Assembly: GCF_006345805.1 (NCBI RefSeq)
Contig: NC_043015.1
Location: 37,138,001-37,202,000, forward strand
Reading direction: 5' to 3'
Length of the DNA: 64,000 nt
Origin: Octopus sinensis
Lineage: Eukaryota
The position numbers were made by a program, and so were the translations under genes. Within the stretch, counting starts at the first letter, position 1, and each line of letters opens with the position of its first letter. Below, one piece after another: positions 28,454 to 41,335 of this stretch. The notes under the pieces are model-generated. The model did not search any database. It saw only the letters and a list, made by a program, of their open reading frames with translations, and had not been told where the DNA came from.

Positions 28454-30294
28454 TGCAATAAGACAGGCTCTGCGTGGTCACTCGACCTGTTAGAAATAAC
28501 TGCCAAAATGACTACTTCATTCATTCATTCGCTCGATTCACCACAATAGCAGCAAAATCTCCTTCGCTCATACTTAATCATCTCAGAAATGGAAGGACAT
28601 TTAATAAGCCAAGAACGCTTCTATATACACTGAATTGATTCACAGAAACAGCAGTCATATTTCAGTCTATAAGAAAGTATCATCTTAAAAATGGAGGGTC
28701 ACTGGATCACAAATGTATCTTTTTTATCAAATCACTCATTTTAATACTATAGTTGCTTATTCTCCCTCAAACCGCATTCTATCATTCTTAAAACGAAAGA
28801 TTTCTAGCTGCAAGAAGCTATCCGTCTGGCCATTTGATCAAGTCCCTAAAGAGTATACACATCTCTCTCTAAAATTTATGGAATCTGTCTAAAACGCTCA
28901 ATTCTTTACAATAGCAGCTAAATTTCAATAAAATTACGTTTTGTTACCTTAAATTAGAGAAGGACACTTGAAGCAACAAGTGATTAAACCTGGTTGAATA
29001 GTTAACGAAAAATCACAGAAGGAATGAGGAATGAGGTAACAACTAATACATGGTGTAGTTGTGCTGGAAATGGCAGCCAACTTGAAGAAAGAAAAGACAC
29101 ACTGGTGAGATACACGTTGATAAATGTAGAAGACGGACGGACACGGCTGAGTTACTTAGGATTATAAATCTGTTTGAACTTGGCTAATCTAGGACGAAAC
29201 CACCACCAACAGTAATAACAACTTCTACTACATTGAAATAGGAAGGGACGCATTGGATACTGCAGTCCAGGATATACTATGTCTGAAATAATTACAGGAT
29301 GTCGATGGCGGAAACGACTTTCATAATGTGTCTACTCGATCAGAACTGACTTGGGACACAGAAACGATAGCGTTATTATCTATGAAAAACAATATCCATG
29401 GTAACAAAACAACAACAACAATTATAGCAAGAACAACGGTCTTTAGTATCTCTACAGAATTAATACAGTTTTGTTGAAAGAAAGAACTCACCCACTCAAA
29501 GCAGTCAGCCAAGGCAAAATTTCTATTCAAACAGTTGTTCAAAAAACAGAGACAAAAACATACAACAAAATTTATAGATAAATCAGACGAAAAGCAAAAC
29601 AAACGAAACGCTGGAGTAAATAAGAAAACAAATAAATCACAAAGACTGATTCGATAGTTTTAAGTCCACGGGAAAAGAAAAGACAGGCATGACACTATTT
29701 TTTTCCTTTCTTCGATATGGCTTCCACCATAGCAATAAATAGCCAAATAGATATCTGAAAATCCGTTATGGCGACATTAAAGCGATGGCTAGTGGCGATA
29801 TTTTCCTGCTGTCTATTTCGTCTTAAACTCTGTCTGTGAAAGAGGATTGCAAACGTTGATTGGTGCCGAAGTACATTTAATCACGGCTATAACTCACTTT
29901 CGCTGAAAATGGAATAAATCTCTTGTGATACTGTCAAGGATTTTCTTTCGGATTCTATTTTTTTTTTCCAGCTCTGTGTTATTTGTTTTTCTTTTCCTCC
30001 TCAGAGAGAGTCAAGGAAGTTAGGTAACTGGCCGGAATGATTCACCTCATTCTTCAATGTAAATAGTCGTAAACACAGTCCAATATCTCTCTGTATATAT
30101 ATATAATATGCGTTATGTGTGTCTGTAAGTGTGTTTATGCATGCATATGTATATGGCTATTCATATATACATACCTGCATATATATATATATATGTGTGT
30201 GTGTTTGTGGGGGTGGGTGGGGGATATACATATATGCATGCATATATATATATATATATGGCTATATATTCGTATTTACACACATACAGATACC

Positions 30295-30326
<32 letters not shown>

Positions 30327-30999
30327 TATACATATATATATATATACATGTATATATATACATATATATATATACATATATATACATATATATATACATG
30401 TATATATATATACACATATATATATATATACATACATACATACTCATATATATATATATATATATATATGTATGTCTTGATACATTTGTGTATATTTATA
30501 CATGTTTTTATCACCGTATCAATATATCAATAAATGTGTGTATGCGTTTCACTGTTATCTGGATGCGGAGGTGAATCTCCGTTTTGTGTTCTTAGTAATT
30601 ATAGACATAAAAATATGTAAATAGTCCCTGTCAACGAAACCAAACACACATCAAAATAAGCAGAGACTCTGAACAGAAAAAAAGAAAAAAAAAAGAGCCA
30701 TGTTGTGACAGGGTTGACGGTGGAAGCCATGACGCTATTGGAATAATGGAGGTGAGATAAAATACGTGCGTGAAAATTGGTGTTTGCCTATCATTTCGTT
30801 ATGCAGAAGAATTGAACGAATAAATTCAGAAGATATGCAAATACACACATTTACGGATGAAACCACATTGAACGAGCGAATGAGATGGCGATAGACATAC
30901 GTTTTGCTAAAGAACAGGCAATATATGCATACACACATCAATACATACACACACACATACACACACGCAGCTATATATGTATATTTCTTTAATAAAGAA

Positions 31000-31043
<44 letters not shown>

Positions 31044-31635
31044 ATGCATATATACATATATATATATATATGTGTATGTATATATGTATATGTATAAATG
31101 TACGTAAATATGTATGCATATATATATATAGTATATATATATATATATAGGTATATATATATATGTGAGTGTATATATATATATGTAAGTGTGCATATAT
31201 ACATATATGAGAGTTTGTATGTGCGCGCGCCTGCGAGTGTGTGTGTGTTGGGGTGTGGTGGGGTGGTGGTAATAGTACAGTTTTCAAGTTCGGTTGTAGT
31301 AATTTTGTTGACTCCTGTCCGAATCATCTTTCGGTGTTTTGTCAAATACGATTCTGAATATTAATAGGAAGACAGAAGAATAATCCAGATTAGTAATGTC
31401 ATTCATCGTTATACGTCTTATGATTCAAACTCGCAAACATAAACACAAACACACACACACACACACGCACACAGAGGCACACACAAAAATATATATATAT
31501 ATGACATATATATATATATATATATATATCATACATATAGTTTTCTATGATTATGTGTAAGCATGCATACACACACATATATATATATGATAATGTATAT
31601 AAATTCTTAACGTATATAGATTCATACTTATATGC

Positions 31636-31671
<36 letters not shown>

Positions 31672-31776
31672 GCATATAAATATATATGTATATATATATA
31701 CATATAAATACATACACACATATATGTATATGTGAATATCTCTCTATATATACATATATATATGCATATATCTATG

Positions 31777-31828
<52 letters not shown>

Positions 31829-33050
31829 ATATATTCATATACACATATACATGTGTGTGTGTATTGGTTTGTGTGTTCGTGTGCTTGTGGTAAGAAATAA
31901 AGATATCAAGAGAGAGAGAGAGTGAAACAGTGTGGCAGAAAGAGAGAGAGAGATTGAATGAGACAACCAAGCAAAGAGACACCATGAAAAAAATATGTCT
32001 TTCAGACACCAGTCAATAACTCTTTTATTTATCTATGTTATCACTGCTCGCATATTTTTTTCTGTCAAACTCAAACAAGTGATGGCTGTAATGATTACGC
32101 GACGACATTAAACTACTTGGATGTATTGACATTGTGTATTATATCTTTCTGAAACCTATTGCGGATTGTTGCAGCCAGGGTAATCAGACAGAGAAGTCGT
32201 AATTTCGAATAAATGAACCAATATACGTATTACTTAGCAAACTAGCTTGACGTCTGTATTTGTACACCTCCTATAAAGATTTGAATCAAGTGTCGTACAA
32301 AGCCTTCCATCATCGAATTGTGACATCGAAAATGGAAATCCTACTCCACCTTCTGTGATTTGACATTCGATTCCCAGAAACGATTTTATAGAAGTCTCTT
32401 TCACAGAGAACTGAAATGTCCCGGTAGATAGGTTTTTTTTTTGTGACAATACAATGAAGGATCGTGGAATATGGTTTGGGTCTGGCACTCGCGATCCTAA
32501 GATCCTGGTTTCGTTTCGTCGATTTTCCTTATTATTCTTCTCTCGTCTGTAATGTGTTACATCACTAACTGGGATATTGGGACTTCGAAGGATCAAGGTT
32601 TCATACAATGGAAGATGAGATATGTAATCTCTGTCATTTATGCGCCAAGGAAACCAGGGTTTCTTCTCTAAAGGGATATAAATAACGTGTATTATTTATG
32701 CATACTTATGTGAATAATAAGGCACCTTGCATGACCTACGCTATCAACATTGTTTTCATGCATGGGTGCGTGCGTATGTGAATGTGTATGTGTGTGTGTG
32801 TGTGTGTAGAGTGTAAGGAAGACGCAACATACGACACAAATCCGAGGTAAAAAGAATCAACAACAAAAATATTATTTGATATCAGTTTAGCTCTAAGGAA
32901 ATGGGAAAAAAGAAGGAACTGTCTGCAACATTTGGACTATTACCCTTTTCTCCTGAAAGATAGAACAGAGATGAAGAGGAAAAGAACGGAAATGGAAAAT
33001 CAGAGAAATAGAAATGCACGCGTAACCAACTTTAAAAGTAAGGTGATTAA

Positions 33051-33416
33051 AATTAAAATAAGCAACAAGGATACCCAAAGGTAATGCAGCACGATTGTTT
33101 CATGCAATTCCATTTAATTGAACAATGCAATATTTACATAAATTTAAAATGCAGAGCAATTTTCAGCTACACGAAACTTCTAAACTGGAGTGAGACAACA
33201 TGTTCTTTGTCTATCTATTTAACTTCTAGGAGAGTTTAGGTATAATTATAATAGTGTGTCCATCTGTTCTAATTTAACTAAATTCTATGTCTTTGTGCAA
33301 CTGAAGATTGCTCTACATTTTAAATTGATGTAATGATTGCATTCTTCAATTAAATGGAACTGCATGAAATCATCGTAATGCATTACCTCTGGATAACCGT
33401 GTTGCTTATTTTGATT
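33051..33416. mobile_element. Palindromic MITE (~365 bp, ~125-bp imperfect TIRs)
   Basis: 33051-33177 is roughly the reverse complement of 33290-33416 (aaaataagcaac..gg.ta.cca.aggtaatgca..catttaattgaa). A partial second copy is at 48961-49146. Confidence 0.8.
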
Positions 33417-33554
33417 ATATATATATACATATACATACCAGGGGTGTTCGGTTATTGCAGGAAACAGAGCTTGGGCATGTCAGGTTGTAAATTGCGGCAT
33501 TTCACTAGTATTCGTTTGTCTTTTACGGTTGCGGAACTGGACTAAGGTGTTATA

Positions 33555-34592
33555 ATGGAGGCAGTTGAATGCAGATCAGCGATCAGGTTCTAATACTTGA
33601 AAGGTTGTACACCAAAAGAGACTTTTGATGAGATGAAAGAAGTTTATGGTGACGATGCAACATCATACGACGTAGTCAAGCACTAACATCGCCAGGTCAA
33701 ATGTGGTCGGACATCGGTAGAAAACACTCCTACTCCTGGACGACTATATTCCGCCATTGATGAGGACACCACCCGTAAAGTGGAATCTGGCATTTTGGAG
33801 GATCGCCGCATAACTATTTGGCAACTAGCCCAAGAAGTGACGATAAGTGTAGGATCCGTGGAAAAAGTCATTCACGAACATTTGAACATGTGGAAGCGGT
33901 CTGTACGAGGAATTCCCCGGATGCTCACAACTTTTCAGAAGCAAGAACGAGGCAATTGCTCCCAGGCACTTTTAGCAATGTGCCGAGAAAACGAGGACTT
34001 TTTCGATAGACATATCGTACAGGTTGAAACATGGGGCCAACACTATGATCCTGAGACTAAAGTCCAGTATAAGCATTGAAAGCATGATAACTCACCACCG
34101 CCAAAGAATGCTCGTGTCCAGCTTTCAGCGGTCAAGGTGATGCTCGCAGTCTTTTGGGGCCAGAGCGGATTAATGCTGATGGATTTACTGGAAAAGGACA
34201 CCACAATTATTAACAAGTATGCTTCTCTGCTGCAGAAAATGCGGGACGCCATCAAAGCAGAGGGGCGTGGCATGCTGGTCAAAGAAGTCCACCTCCTCGA
34301 AGACAACACCTCAGTTCACAATGCGCATGTTGCCCAGATGGAAGCACATACCCGCGGCTATGAAATCCTTCCTGCTCTCCCTTACTCTCCCCACCTCGCA
34401 CCATGTAACTTCCACCTCTTTCCAACCATGAACTCATTTTTGAAAGGGAAGCAATTTTCGGATATTTCCGGTGTAAAGTCTTGGATCCAGATGCATCCTA
34501 CCGACTGGTACAAAAGAGGTCTTCACAGCTGAATATAGCGAGGGGTGAAGTGTGTGACCATTTGTGGGGGCTATGTAGAGAAAGACCAATAA
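33555..34592 (+). pseudogene. mariner-family transposase pseudogene (345 codons, in-frame stops, no frameshift seen)
   Basis: Single frame from MEAVECRSAIRF through GIPRMLT, ETWGQHYDPETK, KVMLAVFWG and LPYSPHLAPCNFHLF to GGYVEKDQ*. Catalytic residues are mutated. A mariner-like left terminus taccaggggtgttc lies at about 33437. Confidence 0.93.
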
Positions 34593-34653
34593 TTATTTCG
34601 TTTATCCCAATCCTTGATATGTGGGGCAGGGGAAATCTATAAGAAATGTCCCT

Positions 34654-34722
<69 letters not shown>

Positions 34723-35917
34723 CCTCTTGGATATTTGTGTCGATTCTAGACCGAGTGAGAGAATAGTGAATCGTACATCGAAAGAGATCCTTGAAATTAA
34801 GCAATTGCGTTTAACCACAATAAACTGAATTTCCATAGAAACATGGCAGTACATGAACCGGCAAATTTTCCTACACCTAGCTAACTAACCATTCGCAGAC
34901 TCCCATATATTTAAATCTATTATTAAAACTCTCGTTTCTAATTATCTCCTTTTCATCCCTTTATGTCACATCGACTAACTGAAATCTTTAACAATATTCA
35001 CATCAATTTGTTACAATTTAATGCTTATGGACCCAACTTGAAATAATTCCCCGAATTTATGAACAATCAACTTCACCAAAACCACTACCGTCACCAGCAC
35101 CACCAAAGCCCACCAAACCCCACCATTCCACTTCTCCGTTTCTCAGCCGCTGTCACAGTTGCAATTTCTAAACACAATTTAGCCAACCAAATTCCACTAG
35201 TTCTCTTTCGTTAGGTAGGCAACAATATAAAACCAAAATTAAGCTGACCAGTATAATTCCAGAGCCACAAAACCAGCTGACCTATGAGAAAATCAATATC
35301 GGAGTAATTTCAGTTCGGGGAATTGATACTAGTATTGTAAATACCACAGCCTGTATTGTTAATGGAAATTATCGGATTAATTTCAAATTCGTCTTCAGCA
35401 TTCACTTGTTAAAGCAACTATGTAAATGTTGTAAGACTTTACATTAGATTAATTATAAATAAACACAAACGGCTGATTCGAGAATGAAAACTTGCCACGC
35501 AATGTGTATATAAACTAACAGTGAATGGCTTTATAAGTCACCCATTAAAGCAGAATTTGAAGAAATTCAGAATTTAGATCCTCGTTGAGACATTGTTTGA
35601 TGTGTGTATTCTGAAGTTCATTAACTTATAGAATTCTCCATCTGTAATGCTTTTAAAATTAGAGCTTTGTCTCTAATTAATGATTTGTGTGTTTGTGTTG
35701 TGACAAGTAGGTGACTTTTATTTAAGGTTCTTAAAGTTCACTTCAATCTTCTAATCATATATTGATGCTAATTCGATCACGAAATGTTTTGTGCCAGATA
35801 TATCAAATAGCAATTGGAATTTGTTTAAAATTGGTATTGTGATGTTTTTAATAACAATACAAACACACTATGAACACTTGCTTACAAGCAAGTAAGTACG
35901 TAGGTCTCATGCATATA

Positions 35918-36723
35918 TCTTCTCTATATATAAACGGCAGTTTGTCTGTCTGTGTGTCTGTGTGTCTGTCAGGTTGTACCCTCACCATGACCACGGCTTT
36001 CAACCGATTCTGATGAAACTTGACACACACATAGCCCAATGTCATAATTCAAAACTAACGCAGCGAAAATATTGAAAAGTCCACCCAGTTCTGAAAAAAA
36101 TCGATAAATTCGACATGGGTCGAGTATCTAAGCCTTTTATATGCAACACATTTGCTACAGACTGTCTAGGGGACGCAACTCGACCTTTTTAACTCTCGGA
36201 ACACGTGGGGTAAGTATCCCAAAATGTATAAAAATGTACAAAAACGGCAAAAAAGCGGGCAGCAATGTGAGTGACAACAACGAAAAAGTCAAAAGTGACC
36301 AAACTGAACAAACGTATGGAAAAGGCTTTTTGGTGCACACGACAAAAGCAGTTTATAATAAACCAAGAGTTTGCAAGTAGCGTCCGAGGACCCTTAGGGT
36401 ACGTCAAAAATTTAAGGTAAAACGTTTGGGGTGGTAGTTATAAAGAAAGTGTAAACAAAAAATGTATTCGAATAACTTGCGGCTGCAGCAGCTATTAGCA
36501 GAAGTGGCGGTGTTGGGGGGTAAAGTTTCGAATGTAATTTCTTCCTGGTAGGAATTGGTTGGGTTGAATTATCGATAGCTGTTGATAGTTATTTGGGAGT
36601 GAAGTGAAGACATTGCAACCTACACATGCGCCTTCGTTCCCTAGAGGGAAAGGACTAGATTGGGATTAGTCGTTCCCTACTAGGGGCTCTTACATACCCG
36701 GGCAACGCCGGGCTATGCTGCTA

Positions 36724-36724
<1 letters not shown>
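35918..36724 (+). mobile_element. Non-autonomous Helitron (~0.8 kb)
   Basis: Inserted at A|T with 5' TC (a|tcttctctatatataaacgg), subterminal hairpin cccgg-gcaacg-ccggg (36697-36712) and 3' CTAG|t at 36721-36724. Confidence 0.85.
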
Positions 36725-36763
<39 letters not shown>

Positions 36764-36788
36764 TCAGTTTGACTACGTCCTTTACCTA

Positions 36789-37109
36789 CATCTCAGCAGT
36801 ATCATGGTATCTGATGTGGCTTTTTAAACCAAACAATATATTGGAAAGACACCCACATAGATTGCACACCTGATTTGGACCACTAAGATCTGCATTTAAG
36901 TTCCGATCTTTATGGGTCTTACGTCTTTTGAGGCATCCGTTGGATTTGCAAACATTCTGTCATGCATTGCATTCCAAGGTGTCCACAGGTTAAGCAGAAT
37001 AGTTGGTGGAGGTTCGTTTTCCATGTGTGCGCAGATGAGATTTGAGGTCAGCCAAAGACAGGCATGGTCTGTCATATACTGTGCGCACAAAAAGGTCATT
37101 GTCATTCAC
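36789..37109 (-). pseudogene. Degenerate triple C2H2 zinc-finger coding fragment, probably the C-terminus of an RTE-type LINE ORF
   Basis: One frame with two stops: LFVRTVYDRPCLSLADLKSHLRTH / LECNA*QNVCKSNGCLKRRKTH / VCNLCGCLSNILFGLKSHIRYH. The RTE assignment is inference. Confidence 0.7.
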
Positions 37110-37445
37110 CTCCTCGACCGTTACATTTTTCCTTATATATATATAACAAAGTACAGTTGGGGTTATCGAACGAGTAAAAATATAAGGAAAAGAATCTGAA
37201 AGTGCAGGATATTTTTAAATGTATTTATTATCTTAACTCGCTTCTCTTATTTAAAAATATTTTCAAAACTAAACTGTGAGGTTTTGTGTATCCTCTGTGG
37301 TTTTGGAAATTAGTTTGTCTGTGTGTGTGTTTGTGTGTGTTTGTATGTATGTATGTATATATATATATGTATGCGCATATAAATATATACGTATATATAA
37401 ATGTATGTATATACTATATATGTAATTTATATGTATATATGTATG

Positions 37446-37540
<95 letters not shown>

Positions 37541-38284
37541 CATATATATATTTACTTATATATTTATATAATCATATTGGAAATCAGAGACTCCATTCGA
37601 TACTCCAGAATAAGGGGTTTAAATCCAAAACCACAGTTTTCCCATCCAATGTTACTAAGCGTTTCGGCCAGAACAGACCAATAGAATAGGGGATAATAAA
37701 TATAATGGGGTCGATTCGTCCGATTAAGAACTCCATAAAGCGTTGCTCCAGCTTGGCTGTACTTCAAAAAGTGCAACAAGTAAAAGTTAACACATAACAT
37801 ATTAAAGCCTCTGTCTATATTTGTTATACACTTAAAAATTTACACAGACACGAGAACATATCAAACGAGAGAGATAAATGAGAGCGAGATAAAGTATTTT
37901 TGTTTTAGAAGCACCAACGCAATAACACTAAAAATCGCTCTAATGCATCGATTATGAAAGCGTTTGCCTTTTGTACTTCCTCAACTATCGATTAACTTAC
38001 TATTGCATTACTCTGTTTCCAGTCAGACTGAAATCATGTCTAAACCACTCCATCGTCTGCTTGGTGCTTACCTTTTAGTCTCTACACGAAATTTATGTTA
38101 GACAAATGAAAGAAACTTCTATACCGTGTCTTCCTTTTTCCTTAGATTTTCGTTTTGTTATGACACCTTCTTTCCTGCACTTTTATGCCCTTCCCTCTTA
38201 ACGTCTGAAGTTCTTTCTCATTAATTTTTATTTCATTCGCTCTCACCGTTTCTCGTTCTTCGTCATCTAAAAATACATACGATT

Positions 38285-38340
<56 letters not shown>

Positions 38341-38426
38341 TGAGGGAGAGGGAGAGATAGATAGATGGATAGATAGATAGATATAGATATAAACGTATAC
38401 ATATATATGTATATATGCAAATACAT

Positions 38427-38464
<38 letters not shown>

Positions 38465-38466
38465 AT

Positions 38467-39433
38467 AATAAATATAAGAGAGTGGTCACTATATGGCTCA
38501 CTCTAGCACTAGTTAATCCAAAAGGTTTCAACCACAAAAATACATGTTTCCCATGAAAGTCAGTACGATTGTTAGCTCATACGAACAGGGCAAATAAAAA
38601 ATAACAAAAATACAGTGCTCCGAGAAACCTGGATTATTATAATATTTTATAATATATTATAATATTTTTACAAAAATAAATATAATCCACGAAATATTTT
38701 TGTGGTTGAAACCTTTTGGATTAACTAGTGCTAGAGTGAGCCATATAGTGACCGCTCTCTTATATTTATTTTTGTAAAACTATTATAATATATTATAAAA
38801 TATTATAATAATCCAGGTTTCTCGGAGCACTGGGCCACTTGGTGTTGAATGGATATACTATTAAATTAGTATCTAATTCTCTCACCCTTATTAATTAATT
38901 ATAATTATGCTACATTTATTTCTAAATGTAGTATTTGTTTCCCTGAAAGTTTGCGCGCTGTTAGTAGGGCATCATTGAATTATAACGTCGGATGTAATCA
39001 ATTGAACCACACGTGTATTTATCGTTATGGTAAAATCTGGCGTGTGATTGAGTGGATTTCATCCAGATAGTTTTGGCTGAGGAGCTACAAGTGGATTTTT
39101 TTGTAAGTAAAATTACATTTAATTCATTAATAGCGAAACAATTGTCCCAAAATAATCTGTATTTTTGTTATTTTTTATTTGCCCTGTTCGTGTGAGCTAA
39201 CAATCGTACTGACTTTCATGGGAAACATGTATTTTTGTGGTTGAAACTTTTGGATTAACTAGTGCTAGAGTGAGCCATATGTGACCACTCTCTTATATTT
39301 ATTTTTGTAAAAATATTAAAATATTATAAAATATTATAATATCCAGGTTTCTCGGAGCACTGGGCCACTTGGTGTTGAATGGATATACTATTAAATTAGT
39401 ATCTAATTCTCTCACCCTTATTAATTAATTATA
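38467..39433. repeat. Complex local inverted and direct duplication
   Basis: 38467-38615 = rc(39157-39303); 38613-38684 = rc(39293-39362); 38695-38903 is a direct copy of 39230-39433. Confidence 0.9.
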
Positions 39434-39854
39434 TATATATATATACATATACATTTATATTTATATATATATACCCAAATACACACGCATATATATGTAT
39501 ATATATATATATATGTACACACACATACGCACATACACACACGCACACACAAACATATGTATGACAAAGAGTACTACGTTATTTAGCACGAGAGGACCTC
39601 TTATATGGTTTCGTGGTGCATAAAGGCACTCGTATTTATATCATTGACAAACAAGATTCGTCTACTACGGCCGCCAGAACTGCTAGATCGCATGTTCTCG
39701 CCTTGTTTTGCATTTATCACCGATGGACATCCAGTAGTTACATAAAAGCCGAATCACCCGTCAACGAACATCACATATTAGTGCCTAATCCGGCACTGAT
39801 GTTGTTGATGTTCAGAGGACTACATATATATAATATCTAATAATATATATATTA

Positions 39855-39896
<42 letters not shown>

Positions 39897-39899
39897 CAT

Positions 39900-40100
39900 G
39901 TTTATATATCGCCAATATAGATCGGTAGCCACTACACACATTCTTTTTATCCTCGTTTCCCTCTGTGATCCTTTTTTTGGAAGAGCGTAGGCTCGAAACG
40001 TTAAAGACTATTCCAATCCCGAGCGTCATACTAATCCATCTGTTTGTTTTCTACACCACCTATCTTCGTCTTTGGTTGTTTCGTGAATTCTCCTTTTATA
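39900..40100 (+). mobile_element. Short TA-flanked repeat (family B) with hammerhead-like gaagagcgtaggctcgaaacg core
   Basis: The same core occurs at 57555-57585 (-), 58470-58495 (+) and 59405-59432 (-). Upstream atagatcg.ta.ccactacac is shared with the 57.6 kb copy. Confidence 0.7.
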
Positions 40101-40138
40101 TAATATATATATATATATAATTTATATATATATATATC

Positions 40139-40169
<31 letters not shown>

Positions 40170-40343
40170 ATAAATATTAGGGAATAAATCCAAATTTACA
40201 GGGAAAACATCAGATTTAGGATTAAATCGATTTTATAGAAAATATTATAAAATATTATTCGAGACAAAACCACTATTTTGCCAAAACAACCAAGGAAAGA
40301 CTTAATCAATAATAAAATTTTAATAAATAGTAAAAAAAAACCG

Positions 40344-40387
40344 CCACTACAATCGTTTTCTTGTCTTGATCGACAATCTTCAGGTGG
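40344..40387 (-). ncRNA. Type I hammerhead ribozyme in the PLE 3' terminus
   Basis: Minus strand: ccac-CUGAAGA-ttgtc(gatcaa)gacaa-GAAAA-C-gatt-GUA-gtgg. There is one extra A in the GAAA run, possibly a homopolymer error. Confidence 0.82.
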
Positions 40388-41335
40388 ACTTCCAATCTAA
40401 AAATCAATATTTTAAAATATAAAAATAATAATTTTAAAATAATTAAAGTATGAATGAAAAAAATAAGTATATAATCCATATATAACCTATCTATAATCCA
40501 TAATAAAACAATATATAAACAATATATAAACTAAAAAAACCTCTCACAATTAAATATAAATATAAAATATAAAATATAAAATATAAAATATAAAACAAAA
40601 CAAAAAAAATAATATAATATCATAATAAATATCTATATACAAACATACGCATATACCTATTATATATAACCATATAAATTATGAATGAAACATGCAATAA
40701 AAACAACAGACATCGCAAAATAGACACAAATTACTACAAATTTCCTTATCAAACCTACCCCATGATAACCAAAACTCATAAAAACATATATGATAAATCT
40801 CCCTTTACTAACCTTATAACAAACCATATACTAACATCATCAGTAACTCATCTCCCTCGAATCCACAGCACCACGTAAACCTCCAACTCACCCACCATAA
40901 ATACACTACCCACACCACACACCACCTCCCATACCATACATATAAACCTCACATATACTCCAAAAACCCACTCAACCCCACACAGACAAATAAACACAAA
41001 AATATGAATGGATTCTTTATAAAACTACCATGATAAGCTAAAACTCACAAACAGAAATGATAAAACCTCCTTTACTAAACACTAAAAATACTTATATAGC
41101 AATTCCTTTAATCTATACATTCACACACAAAACCACTCGTAAACCACACACCCATAACAAATACAAACTCCCACCCCACTCACATACACCAGAAGTACAT
41201 ATAAGCCTCAACATATACACCAACCAAATTACTTTACCAAGGAACTTAACATATATATAAAAAGTATAACCGCTCTGGAAACGAACATCTCTAAATTAAT
41301 GAATGGAGAAATGAATAAATGGAATTAAAAATAAA

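Noticed and set aside
30115-32009. Long Y/I/H/T/C/V-rich ORFs here and throughout the track
   Set aside because: They are translations of (TA)n, (CA)n and (TACA)n microsatellites.
32234-32608. 124-aa minus-strand ORF
   Set aside because: No recognisable domain or convincing splice signals; the length is compatible with chance.
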